Part shown: positions 1-12,465 of the stretch, in pieces
How positions within the stretch are numbered: position 1 is the stretch's first letter
How the letters are laid out: each line of letters begins with the position of its first letter
Assembly (NCBI GenBank): GCA_904063045.1
Contig: CAJFCJ010000049.1
Coordinates: forward strand, 62,001-126,000
Source: Dimorphilus gyrociliatus
Lineage: Eukaryota > Animalia > Annelida
Direction: 5' to 3'
Length of the DNA stretch: 64,000 bases
Notes under the pieces: model-generated
Databases searched by the model: none
The model's input: the letters and a program-made list of their open reading frames with translations, nothing else
What the model was told of the DNA's origin: nothing
Translations under genes and position numbers: made by a program

Positions 1-361
1 CCTTCGAAATTCAACTATTATTTAGAAGAGGAAAACAATAAAAACATGACCATATTTAGAACTTTTCTGTGTCTTCAAATGTTACTTTTGTTTTTGTGAA
101 CATTGAAATTTGTGAACTATCAACCCTTAAAAGAGTATATAAACCCTACGAAATTAACAGTTGATAGTTCAGTTTTCTAACCGTCAGCTAGTTGTTTAAA
201 CTAGCTTGTTTAGAACTAGAAGCTCATTTTACTCAATACATATTCTTTGGACGAAATACTGGTGTTTTGTTAATCAATTTCTACTGAAATTGCCTTTGTT
301 AGACTATTTGTGGACAAACTTTAAAGGTTCTATTTGGACCAGTACTTTGGCAAGTTGGTAA

Positions 362-2544
362 ATGATTGGAAAGGACGATTACAGTTGTGACGAACCAGAA
401 ATTCCTACAATTACAATACAACAAAGTACACTATTCAATTTAGAGAAATTTTTTAAAAAGCTATCAATTATTAAAAAACAAAATAGTCAAACAAGAGTGG
501 GAAATCTTAGATTTATTAAAAATAAATGGAAACCAAAGGAATGTGAAAAAGTGATATCTTACATAGATGAACAAGATGATACAGAAGAGAGTGATGATGA
601 CTGTGATAATATGATGCAATTTTTTAAATGTTGTAAAAAAGCAATACAGAATAATATTTTTAAAGACAATTTCAATAAATATAGAAAATTTGACAAGGAA
701 TTCTTCAGGTCATTAACAAAGTTTTTATCCTTAAACATTGTAATTAAACCATCAGATAAAGGATCTTGTATTGTAATACAAAACACGGAAGATTATGTCT
801 ACATGTGCAATCAATTACTCTCTAATAATAAACAATACTGTAAATTATCAACAAGTTCAAATATTAATATTTGTGGTGACCAGTTTTTACAAAAATCTGT
901 GAAATATTATAAAGACCTAATTGAAACATTTAAAGTTTCTTTATGTGAAGAAGAATATAAACATTTGTTAAATTCTGTATCAACAAAGAAGCATTCTTTT
1001 GAAAATAGAATATTTTATGGCTTGCCGAAAATTCATAAAGAACCAGATCAATGGCTAATAAAAGGAAAAATTCCTAAAGGCAGACCTGTTGTTAGTAATT
1101 TAAGAACAGAATCCTATGAAATATCAAGATATTTAGCTCATTACCTCAAGCCCATTAGCATGCTGCATTCTTCATATATTGGTAATTCTCAACACCTTTT
1201 AGATGAACTGGATAGAATAAAAATTCCAGATGATTCTCTCCTTGTGACATTTGATATTAAAAGTATGTATACCAATATCGATACTTACACTGGACTAAAA
1301 GCTAAAAAATATTTCTTTGAAAAATATCCTTCCCAGGAGAGGCCTGACATGTTTCTCATTGAACTTCTCAAATTCAACTTACATAAGAATCACTGTAAAT
1401 TTATAGACAATATTTACTTGCAAAAAAGTGGTTGTGCAATGGGTCTAAGTTATGCTCCAGCCTATGCAAATACATGGATGGCTTGGATTGAAGAATTATA
1501 CCTCTTTAATATTAAGCCTAAGCCTCTATTTTACAAGAGATATTTGGATGATATTTTCTTATTTGGACAAGTGGAGTACCTGAATTTCACAAGTATCTTC
1601 AGAAAGCAAATAATATATTGAAAAATTTAAAGTTTGAAGAAGCTGTCAGTTATAATTGCATCAATTTCTTAGATTTAACTCTCTTTAAGGGAACAAGATT
1701 TCTTTCAAACAATCAACTTGATTATATGACTTTCTTTAATGAATGTGATACTTTTCATCAGCTTCACAAGAGTTCTCTTCATCCCAAGCATGTTTTTAAA
1801 GGACTGCTAAAATCTCAATTTCAAAGATTTCTTTTTTTTCAAACTTGTCAAACTGTAATGAAACCTCTTTTAAACCAAGGCTATGCATCAAAAGAAATTC
1901 AGAAGGCAATAAATTCAGTGCTTGAAGAAAAATTCAAGAAAGAAAAATACCAATACAATTTAGAAGAAAGTAGAAATAAGAATCTTTGCATTCCTGAAGA
2001 CTTAAACATATATTTTAACACCAGAGAAAAGATATTCTGCCCTCTTAGATTAAATTTCTTCTATAGGAAAAATTCAATAGACTTGATAACAAAAAATTCA
2101 AAAATATTTCTTCTACAATGTAAAGAATGTGCACAATTGATGTATTTCCACTTACAAGAACAATATACCAAAGTCAACATATTCCAAACACTAAGACACC
2201 TTCTATCAAGAAACTATTTAGAATTAAAAAATGATGAGCTTGTTGAAAACTTTATACAACATCAACATTTTGCAGAAAATCAATTAAACATAACAATATT
2301 TCCCTATGAACAAATTGAAAAAGATATATCAACTGTTGAAATTAATAGATATGTTTATCACTTGAATATGAAACACATTCTTTATTATCCCTTTGGTTTA
2401 GCCAGATACACCAGTTGTCAAGTTTTTACAAGAGTACAGTTTGTTATTCCATATAGAAATGATCTTGGACCCTTATTAAAAAAAATAGCAATAACTTATA
2501 GAAATTATTTACTAACTGGATGTAGGATTAAGAAGAAAACTTAA
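362..2544 (+). mobile_element. Penelope-like element (PLE) ORF: reverse transcriptase plus degenerate GIY-YIG-like C-terminus; one 1-nt frameshift near 1559
   Basis: PLE RT motifs IVIKPSDKG, FYGLPKIHK, GRPVVS, LVTFDIKSMYTNI, GCAMG..YAPAYAN and YKRYLDDIF are present. The frame switches at ttcttatttgg (YLDDIF-x-IWTSG) into the 1618 frame (INFLDLTL, SQFQRF, GY). The C-terminal KIFLLQCKECAQLMYF sits where GIY..C..C..YIG is expected. Confidence 0.92.
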
Positions 2545-2711
2545 GCTTTGAATACATTTTTAGAAGGATTTAGTTTAGAATGATTAATTCTGTTCTGTGT
2601 AGCCTATGTTCATGTAGTATATCTTTCTTCATTTAAAATTATTTTTTGTATTATGTTACAAAATTGCAAAAACTTTTACAATAAAAATTTCTTGTATTTA
2701 GATCTTCCAAA

Positions 2712-3764
2712 ATGGCAAACATGCAACCAAATCAAGTTCAAAGAGTAGAAAATGACCAAATAATCATAAATGAAACAATTGAAATGGAACATTTCCTGCA
2801 ATGTTCTTTTGAACAATTTTTCAATTTTGGAACATTTTATAATCATCTTCAAAGGTTTAAAAGAGACAATAAAATTCACCCACCAACTTTTGATCCAAGT
2901 CAATATGAGAAAGATGTAGAAAAAATGTTAAAGTTTAAAAAATTTTGCAATGAACAATTGTGGCTTAATAAAGAAGGCATATCAAATAGTATCAACAAGG
3001 AACAATTGGTAGAATTGATACTACAACAACTTAATGAAACTGATGATATTCTAAAATATAACAATACCATGAAAATTAATAGAAAATGCAACTCAAATAT
3101 TAATGAAATGGATCTTTTACAGAAATTGGAGTGAATCTTGGAAAGGAAGAAATTACCAATCTTATGAAAATACAACAACCAGCTGTGCAATTTCCCAACA
3201 AAATTAATATACTTCTTTTTAGGTGATGAAAGTTTGGGTAACTTAGATTTACTTCAGGTAGAAGATGTTAAAAGAAACATCAGCTTTTTTGGAACTGTTC
3301 TCATTATAAACATTTCTGGCTTAACCTTTCAAAATTGTAAAGAAATTATATCCAAATGGAAAATAAAAAGTCATATAACAGCACTTCACATTCCCTTTAA
3401 CACCATTAATGATGCCAATGATAATTTTAAAGCTTTGCATAAAAGCACTGGAGTTACTAATGAATGCTTATTATTTATGCAATATAACATCAAAAAAAGT
3501 GATCTCCATCAACAACCAACCTCACAATCTGAAAACTTGAACAACATGTTTACAAAAATTATTGATATTAATACCATCATAAGAGGAGATCCTTTTCATG
3601 GTACTGTTCTGCCTGGAAAGATATCTTCTTTGAGAAATATTGTTCAACACTTGATTACAAATGAAATTATGGTCAAGTGTAAAGAAGTCTTTCAACAACA
3701 AAGTAGAACTGGAAGAAAAAAGAAAATAAACAGACCAATTCTCCAAGCTTCAAATCAACACTAA
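2712..3764 (+). CDS. Second ORF downstream of the PLE RT: helical N-terminus plus SGNH/GDSL-hydrolase-like domain; two 1-nt frameshifts (about 3118 and 3220)
   Basis: ORFs 2712-3134, 3122-3224 (EIGVNLGKEEITNLMKIQQPAVQFPNKINILL) and 3222-3764 join through single indels. Motifs resemble SGNH blocks: ILL(L/F)GDES, INISGLT, ALHIPFNTIND, RGDPFH (DxxH). Confidence 0.55.
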
Positions 3765-4102
3765 AATTAATCAGAAGTGTTACTTTCAACCATCAAAATT
3801 ATTAATTCTTTTCATGTTTATATTTCAAATGAATATTTTTATCAAACATAAGAAGAAAAAAGCAATTTTAGAAAACAAACATTATATTAGTCCATTTTGA
3901 TGTTGTGTTTGTTTAGACCAAAAAAAATACATTTATTGTACTTCATTAAATTTGTAGGTCCATCATAAATCCCTTGTATTTATTTTCCCATAGAGAAGCA
4001 ACAGATGGTCAACAGACATATCCCAGGAAGGACTTACATAGTAAAACATGCCCTTCAAGAAAAAATGCAATATCTTGACATATGTCAATTACATAACCAC
4101 CA

Positions 4103-4246
4103 GGGGGTGACAGAAAACGTCCACAACAGAAAACGTCCACAATTGACAGAAAACGTCCACAGATGGACAGAAAATGTCCACAGATGGACAGAAAACGTTC
4201 ACAGATGGACAGAAAATGTCCACAAATGAACAGTAAATGTCCACAT
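4103..4246 (+). repeat. Subterminal tandem repeat of MULE end, unit about GACAGAAAACGTCCACAGATG
   Basis: About 7 copies of (G)ACAGAAAA(C/T)GTCCAC directly visible. Confidence 0.95.
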
Positions 4247-6372
4247 AGTATTAAAAAAATAATTAAATAGGAATAGAGAAGATGAAATGAATTAATGTAT
4301 TTTTCTTAATTGATTACATACTAATGATCTGAGAAAATGAAAATTATGAAATTGCAAGTAAAAAAGTTTATTTAAGAACATAATTTTTCAAATGACTTGA
4401 ACATTTTTGATATTTTTAATACTGTTGAATTAATACTGCACATATTTAATAATATAAAGCAGAACACATCTCAACAAGTTGACTTGCTGTGATGTCACCA
4501 ACTTTAAAGTTTTCCCAAATGGAAAACAGTTCCTTTTGAATTTCTGTGTAGACTTTTTTTTGCATTCTCAATATCTTCTTCTCACTTGATAATTTTTCAT
4601 AGACAGAAATTAAGTCAGCCTCTCTCTTTAGTTCATCAATAATTGTGTAAAATGATGAGTTTATTCCCATGTTTTTATTGAGTCTATTATGGAATCCTTC
4701 CAAATCATTATTAGTGCGGATTGATTGGTTAAACACAGACCAAGTTTCTGGAGGCCAAAAGCTTTTTTATCCAATTATCCTCCACATATTCTAATAAATC
4801 TCCAAGCTTATTTCTTTCAACCAGCTCACTTTTTATTTTGTAAAATTGATTTGCAATCAAAGTATGAGGGAGGTAGGGCAAAGCCATAATCATTTTCATT
4901 GATTGCCATTCTCCTTCTCTCTTTTTAAATTCTGGGCTGTAACCCAGATCTTAAAAGTAGAATAATATACTTGGATTAAATTTTTACATTTATTAGTATT
5001 ATTTCTAACCTGAATTTTTCTAAAAATGGCTTGTGACCAATGAAAACAACAACCAACCATTGTAACATCTGGCCATGTATCTCTGATACTTTTCCAAATG
5101 GCCTTCTCATAGTCCAAAACAATTTTTTGAACAGAGATGTGACCAGTTAATTCATTTACAGCCTAAATACACAAACTATCATTGATTTAAGTATTTAAAA
5201 GTATAACTTACCTTGAAAAGTAATTTATAAGCTTTTTTCTTTTTTGAAGTTAAGAATGAAAAAAGCAATGGCACCTGCTTCAACTCTCCATTTTTCCTTA
5301 AGAATCCATGGATTGAGAACATTTGGAGAAATGGACCCTTGGCAATTTTAAAAGTACCATCCACATACCATATTTTAGCCTTACACAAAAGTTTTAACTG
5401 ATGGTCAGTTGCAAATACAAATTCTTTGATTATTTAAATAAATATCTTTCTTTAGAAACCCCAATGGTATAAAAGTCAAATCAAGTTGAAAGTTGACATC
5501 ATCAGGCTCAGCTGGTCTATTTTTTCGCCTGTTATAGTTGGCTACTTCTTTGCAGTTGTGTAAATTCCCATATGGATATTTTAAAAGAGTGTCTTCTGCA
5601 ATCCTTTTTCCAGATGATTTATTATCACTAAGGCACTTCTCTTTGATATCTTTTCTAATTATAATCTGCTTTTCTGCATTTTTCAATTGTGAATGATTAT
5701 GTTTCATTTTACCAATTACAAAATCACTTCCTTTTTGGTTAATACTTGCAGAACATTTTATGTTTTTGTTACAAACTGAGCAAGTTCAAATTGTAGCTGT
5801 TTTTCTTTTCATTTTTGTGTTAAAAGTATATCCTTTGTGGATGAGAAGATCTTTTCCTTTCTGACTGCCATTTTGTAAAATTTTGAAATGTAAATCATCA
5901 GTGCAATTATCTCTTTGACTAGTATGACTTTCAAATGAATCCTCTTGAAAATCTTGAACTTCTGTAGTTGATGTATCCATTGTGGTTACTTCAATTTCAT
6001 TGTTGTATGTAATTTCATTATCATTAATCACATTTCCAGTTTCCAATGGACAGTCAACAAAACTCTCTGAACTACTAAAAGAGAAAGACAACCTCAGCTC
6101 TTCTGTAGGTTCAATGAATTTCTTTTCTTTTTCATTATCAATTCTTGTTAGCAACACAATACAGTTTCTGTTTGATATTTGATAACACATCAAACATAAT
6201 GGCGAAGTGCTGGTTGCATCTGAAAAAAAAATTAATAACTGACAAAATCAAACTTTGGATATTTCATACCTTTAAAACACTTAATATGACAGTTTTTAAA
6301 GTAAAGATAACATTTGCCTTTGATTTGGTTTTCAATGAATTCATCTTGACAAATATAACATGTATTATCCAT
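4103..6372 (-). mobile_element. Defective Mutator-like (MULE) element: spliced PHD-like/FLYWCH/DDE transposase pseudogene with 3' subterminal repeats
   Basis: Motifs MDNTCYICQ..., GKDLLIHKGY..W(TGA stop)TCSVC, WYVDGTFK, DYEKAIW, GCCFHW and TNNDLEGFH. Introns fall at the same positions as in the intact copy at 16.2 kb. A nonsense codon lies at 5786 and a frameshift near 5405. The other TIR was not found. Confidence 0.9.
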
Positions 6373-6935
6373 GTTTTTAAACTTGGGATAGTTTTCTAGA
6401 AAACTTGGAAAATAATTTATATTAACAAAATACCAAAAATTAGCAATTATCTATAGTATATACATTATTCAATAAGAGAAATCAAACAGTCAATTTTATT
6501 GACAAATCAGAGTGTTCTTACTCTTGCATTCCATACCATTGTGGAATCTCTTGAAACTTTGGTGGAAGTTATTCAACTTTCATCAGAACTTAGATCTTAG
6601 TATCTAGTTCAATATTACAAAAACCTAATCAGAAGTAAAAAAAATATGCTGGCGTTTTAGAAATAGACACTATTTTCTAATCACAATAGATGAGTCATAA
6701 GACGCTGAGTTTATTGGAATTTTATGAATTTATTTTTTGATTTATTTAAGAGAAAACGATTTACAGACATTGAAATCAGAAATATAATCAGAAATGTTCA
6801 ATTTTTAGTGAACTGTTATAGCCCTCTAGCAGATATTTTTAAAAGTGTTTTTAAACACTTATATGCCAAGAATAACACATATTATACTAATGAAAAAGGC
6901 TTTGTAGCTAAATAAAGATGATAAGTAATATTTCA

Positions 6936-7927
6936 TTAATATAAAAGAATATCGCAAATTTCCATTGATTTAAACATTCTAAAATGTATAGATTGAGTTG
7001 CTGGACATTCGAATTTGCAGTTTGCAAATATTGAACAAATAAGTTTTTTACCAGTTTCTTTTTGTATGAATATTTCAATATAAGATTTGCAGGAGAATGT
7101 TAACTTTGTTAGAATTTCTCCAAATTCAAATTCTGTATTACTGTCCAATTGAATAGTATTCTCAATTGGAATTGAAATACAAGTTGCAATATTTTTGTCA
7201 TTTAATGCTGTCAACTGGTCAGATTTTAAGCAAGTTGTATTTTTAGTCGTAAAGAGGTTAAAGGTCATAAATTGAAAAGTACATTTAAATTTTTCTAAAG
7301 TGTAACGTACTGCCTCATTAGTATTTCCTACATCAGCTGTGTGAATCTCAATTAGTGGCAAGCTATCTTCTTTAACGCTAAATTCTCCTTCCTCAGTTTG
7401 TTCACTACCCCCATTCACTCCAGTCATTGTACAAATTGATTGGGGATCACCATTATTATCACATACAGTTCGAACGAAGCATTTGCATATTCCATCTTGA
7501 CCATCATTCAAGCTTGAAAAGAATGTTCCATCATAAAATAAAAGTTTTTGCCATATTAGACTAGCTCCTCGATTCTTGTAGGAAATTCTTTGAGAACAAC
7601 TTAGCATTCCATTCTTAAATTCTTTGATATCATCATCATTAAAATTTCCATAGGTAATTCTATCAATGTGAATTTAGTTTCATATGTTTTTGATAATACC
7701 TTTTCAATTTCTCTACTGTTGCTCAACATTGCAATACCGTGTGTTGAATTTATTCTATTGCATACAACATTAGCTGTGTGCCCATTTAATCTTGGTTTTA
7801 TTGAGTAGGATCCATCTTGTTCAGTTTTTGTCCATGCTTCCCGACATGAAATATAATCTTGAATTGGTGAAAAACTGGAAACTTTAATACAAAAAAATAA
7901 ATTAAAAAAATTTCTATAGAAATTCAT
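6936..7927 (-). CDS. Secreted protein with CASPR/neurexin-IV-type fibrinogen-like domain plus C-terminal cysteine module; single frameshift near 7650
   Basis: Hydrophobic N-terminus, then SCREA..DGSYSIKP..NVVC, CSQRISY, CKC..VC...C, EEGEF...LPL..I...DVG...YTLEKFKC. ORFs 7601-7927 and 6936-7607 join by a 1-nt indel (ITYGNFNDDDIKEFKNG). Confidence 0.65.
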
Positions 7928-8607
7928 ATTGACACTCTATAAACTGTTCAGCAGTAGCTAAATGCCAAAGGAAAAAAAACTCATCAATTTTTCAATTTTC
8001 CAACTTTAAAACTTTTTACCTAACAATTGAAAACACAAATATTTAAACAATTATGTCATTTTTATACTAATTATTCTTGTTTTTTTGAATAATTAAACAT
8101 GGCCTCAGCTTTAATTATAAAACAGTTTATAAGAATTATTCTATTATTCTGTAATTTGAAAAAACAATTATTGGATTGGATTAGACTGGTTTTTTCTAGG
8201 TAGTATAGACTAACACCAGTTTTTCCCTATAATTCATTAGGTGATGTGTCATTCAGTATAACATAGATTTCATTATCACAAGTTTAATAAACATACAATT
8301 ACCCCTATTCATATTTTTTGTGTAGCAGCCATTAAAAAGAGTGGAATTTTTACTCCTACACTTGGAAAATGTTCCAATGAGTAATCACCATTTCATATTA
8401 CAACATTAATTAACAACTGGAATATCCCCATGGTTATGCTTTAAAGATCAATTTAAGTGAGCCGAAAAGCAATCTTAAAAAGTTGAGTTAAAAAGACATG
8501 AGTATATAGGCCTATAGGAAGATGTCCCATTTTGAAAGTCATATTCTATGTTTTGGGAAATGTATAAATGAATATGAATATATTTATTGAATGAAGTGCT
8601 TAAAACA

Positions 8608-8670
8608 GGGTCCAGGGCTGGGTTAGGAGTAGGGTAAAACCACAAAACTGTGGGCATTTTCTGCAACATC
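8608..8670 (+). mobile_element. Arm of TTAGGG-containing non-autonomous TIR element (G-rich orientation)
   Basis: GGGCTGGGTTAGGAGTAGGGTAAAACCAC...GTGGGCATTTTCTGCAACATC aligns with the copies at 26.5 kb and 40.9 kb. Confidence 0.75.
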
Positions 8671-9569
8671 TTTTTTATCGGACAATCTTTCCATGGGACT
8701 ATAAATGAGTACATTTTTCAGATCTACTCTTCATTTAAAGAACAACATGTTTTTAAAAAGTAAATGTTAATACATTATGAGGGTTAATATTTTATTGATA
8801 CTCAATGTTGTGCACATAATTTTATAGTACATCAATCAATTGTGGCTATAACAGAGAAAAGAATCAAAAAGCAATAAATTGGAAAGACTAGTGAACTGTT
8901 TCTTCACAGAAAGGCAAACTGTCCACAAAGAGGGTTAAATCCTGCCCAGAAATAGTACATTAGTCTTTTGGGTCATTCAACACTTTTTTCTAATTCGATA
9001 GGCTGAATATAAATAAGAAAAAATACCAGATTCTTCAATTTTATAGAAGAAAAAAACAGCATTAGTAGTGTATTTTTTTTAGAAACAAAAGCTGTGTTTA
9101 ACAATATAATGTTAAACAAACAATATTTCATTCATCTTGGTCTTTTAAAATTATAATGGCAGAAAAGCAACAAAAAAGAAAAAGAAGAATGATGGAAAAT
9201 GTTCTCTATGTCATAAGAACTTTGAAAAATGAAAATCAAGTTCAGATGTCCTCTTTTCATGTCATGGAAAAGCTATTTAAAAGCATTTACCACCCTAATT
9301 TTACTAAACAATTATTTCATTTTCTATCATTGAAAAATTGATTGTCAATCCAATGCTAATTGGTTTTCTTTAAAGAGCAAGAATAGAAAGTGAGCTTAGC
9401 CACTCATGCTTTCTGGTGATCAAGATTTGAATGAAAGAGTGAGGATTTCTATACACTAGGGTTTGCCTATCAATGCCTAATCATTGTTTCGCAGTTGGGG
9501 AAATGTCTTTGTGTTCTTTTATGTAGATTTTAAGCTGTATTGATCTAGACAGAATGTGTTTGAATTAAA

Positions 9570-11450
9570 ATACACTAATTTCTTTTCTAGGAGTTTTCCG
9601 AAAATAGACCAAATGAACTAGAAAAATGCCAAATGTCACGGTAATCATAAAAATCCATTAGATAAAATTCTTTATTATGTCCTCTAGAGAGTGATGGTGT
9701 TTCCTGTTTTATAGAAAATTACTAAATCATTTACATCAAGTCTATTACTTTATCAAAATATTTCTATTGGAAACTAACATGCCAATGTGATAATGTTCTG
9801 GTAAAATAAAATATGGATAGGACCCTACAACCTGATGCCAAAAAGAGCAAGTAGAACTATATGAATAATAGCTACTGCTAGCCAAAACTACAATTTATTC
9901 CAAAAAACACCAAAAATTCCAATAACTATCACATAGGACAGAATGCTGTAAGCTACACACGCTGGAATATTAATATTGGGATGACGAAACTGGTAAACTT
10001 TCAATATACAAAGCAAAGCCATTGTATACATGAATGTTGTATCTAGAAGGAAAAGAGAAGGGGAAGAAGAAGAAGATGAAGATGCTATCATTAAAATTTT
10101 AATTATTATTGTTTTATTAAAACAAACCAAATTGAAAGTTGTTATAATTTGGACAAATGTGATACAAAGCACTTAATACACCTTCCATAAAAAGAGAAAC
10201 ACCCATGGCATAAAATATACCAAAATGTTGTCGAATGCCATATTTCTTTTATATAAAAAAAAAAAACAAAAATAAATCATCATGAATATTCATCAACTCT
10301 CAACACAAACTATCATTTCTATGTTCTCTTCTTCTGATACAGAATTATCTTCTCTTTTCTGGTGGATAGTCTCTCTGGATGAGAGGAGGAGAATTAGAAT
10401 ATATACTTTATTCTAACCAAAATAATAAAGAGAATTCTTAAAATTACATATCCAATATTGCTGAAAATGTTAAAACCTAAAAGTGGACCTTATGCGCAAG
10501 AAAAATTATAATAGCATAGATCCTCGTTGCCAGTATCGTTGAAATAATGTTGATAATTGAATAATAATTGAAGAACCGGAAGTGAATAAAAAATACCAAT
10601 AACAGTTAAATAGCATATATAATGTTTTTTGTCCTTTGATATTTCTTTAAAATCTTTCTTTGACAAATCAGCAACACTGAAACGACCCTGTTCAATAAAA
10701 GTAATAAAATATTTAGTTTTTTGGTGTTTTACCCTAACCCTAATCCATTAATCAACAAGTTCATTCCATTTTATAGTCTCTAATCCTAGAAATATTTCAA
10801 ATCTTTCCCTGAACTGTGACCAACAGGAATGTTTTTTTAACCCTAACTTTTCTTGTAAAATTGTTTACTTCTCCATTCTCTACATTGATTTCAGGAGGGT
10901 TAATAGAGACATTTGACATTCATCTGATTATTTCAAAAAAAGAAAAACAAAAATATTAATACAAATCTCTGAAAAATATTATTTTTTTCTACTTGTTTCT
11001 GCATTTTCAGATTGTAGTGATAATCCATTTCTATCTATATTTTGTAAAGTATTTTAGTAATGATTTTTCACTCTTATAACCCAACAATTAACTTTTTTAA
11101 CTTGCCAAAATTTTCATTAGTGAATGTTTTCATAAAACACTCTGACACTCTGACCTATTTAAAATCAACAATTTATTAAATTATTTCAAATTTTTGAATG
11201 TAACTATTTTTTTTTTACAATATTAGTTTTGAATAGAAAATGTGCCAAATTGCATAATAAATGATGCTGAAAGCCATGAGAAAACAAGTAAAAAAGACTA
11301 TTGTTTTTGTATATTTGCTTCCTTTGAAAAAAAAAAAGAAATTGTTTTAATGGAGAAATGAAATAATTTAGATAATTTATTTACTTGGTAGAGCTCTGTC
11401 AATTGTAATATTGACAGATTTTTTGGCATACTTTCTTAAATATATTTTAC
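9570..11450 (-). pseudogene. SIDT: SID-1/SIDT (ChUP family) transmembrane protein pseudogene, multi-exon
   Basis: Minus-strand exons translate to [80 protein letters not shown]|DTTFMY..LKVYQFRHPNIN and ETPSLSRGHNKEF...DIWHF, all collinear with SIDT1/2. In-frame stops (CA*G, KL*FW, RL*G) and a missing TM block are present. Confidence 0.9.
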
Positions 11451-12203
11451 TTGAACCTTTAAGGAAGTGTTCAATTTAAATGGAAAATACTTAAGCAATT
11501 AACAAAATGATAGTTCAATAACAGGTTGCCAAATTATCAAACTTTTGTAACAGGATGTTACAATGTCTAGCATTTAGGTTGGCTAATTGACTTTTAACTG
11601 GACCACACCTTAAGAGGGCCAATTAGATTATATATTGACCACATCTTACAGAGAGCTAGTTGAATTATAACACAGCCAAGTCTGCATGAGCACAACGAAA
11701 AATACAATTTAGACGGGTTAACACAGCACATCCGTATATATGTCTTTTCAAAGTCCACAACAATTTTTTGAGGCTATGTTCATTTGTTAAATACTGTATT
11801 GTCTGTTACTTTAAGTCATTAGATTACTAAAGTTGAGGTATGAAGTTAAGCTGCTGAAAAATGATTTTTGTGGATCCAAGCGCTTTTTTTAATCCTCAAG
11901 CGTTTTCTTTCGAAAGATTGTTGGTCTTTGACGATTTTTCTCATTGGTTATGAGTCAGTTGAGTCTATACCACAGATTATCTGAATTTTGGGTTTTGACC
12001 TAGTTTACAACCAGATTCAGCATCATCATTTTCAATAGTACCGGAAAGTTAAGCTTTGCTGTAAATGCTATCTGTATCAAAGCCATGGAATTCATGAGTT
12101 ATGTTTGAATAAAAAGTATTGCTTGTATCACAATCAGTATCAGAATTAATAATTTCCAATCTGAGTTTTAACTATCTGAAACTTCAGATGGAGTGTAAGA
12201 GTC

Positions 12204-12465
12204 TTAAAGATATTGTCCTGTCATTGCAACAGTTACCTTGATTTGTTGACTTTGGCTATGTTGCATAGCTTTTTTGGCTGGGTTACCTCTTCTGCAATAC
12301 AATGAAAGAGGAACCTGTTTGGTTTTAAAGTTGATATTAACTCCCACACTTAGTAGGCAATCACAACCAAGTATTATTGCTATATCCAATCTTTCCATCA
12401 TGATAAATTTTTGTTCTGAAGTTCCTCCATCAAACTCAATTATGTGAAAAATTGCTGTTGTTTAA
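12204..12465 (-). pseudogene. Possible retropepsin-like aspartic protease C-terminal fragment
   Basis: FIMMERLDIAIILGCDCLLSVGVNINFKTKQV resembles the retropepsin ILGxDxL...IDF motif and follows a polypyrimidine-AG acceptor. No clear D(T/S)G motif was seen. Confidence 0.35.

Noticed and set aside
4075-4088. Perfect 14-bp palindrome TTGACATATGTCAA beside the MULE end
   Set aside because: It is a single short AT-rich palindrome not repeated at other MULE ends, so it is plausibly chance.
6688-6710. Hammerhead ribozyme core (GATGAGTC-ATAA-GAC)
   Set aside because: It lacks CTGA before and GAAA after stem II. Similar partial hits at about 249 (GGACGAAA) and 45585 (CTGATGAG) also lack flanking stems.
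8700-9500. CpG-poor, ORF-like decayed sequence (possible hAT or LINE remnant); similar at 15300-15800
   Set aside because: Only fragmentary motif hints such as CCAHNF were found, and no family can be supported by eye.
10576-10584. ETS/GABP motif CCGGAAGTG as a promoter
   Set aside because: It lies within a minus-strand SIDT exon (YSLPVLQ).
10836-10848. CCCTAAC as a telomeric repeat
   Set aside because: It is explained as the GTTAGG splice donor after the SIDT exon ending NNFTRK.
11600-11675. Two imperfect direct repeats (GACCACA..TTA..) as an LTR or regulatory element
   Set aside because: They are too short and degenerate, with no PBS/PPT or second copy in the window.
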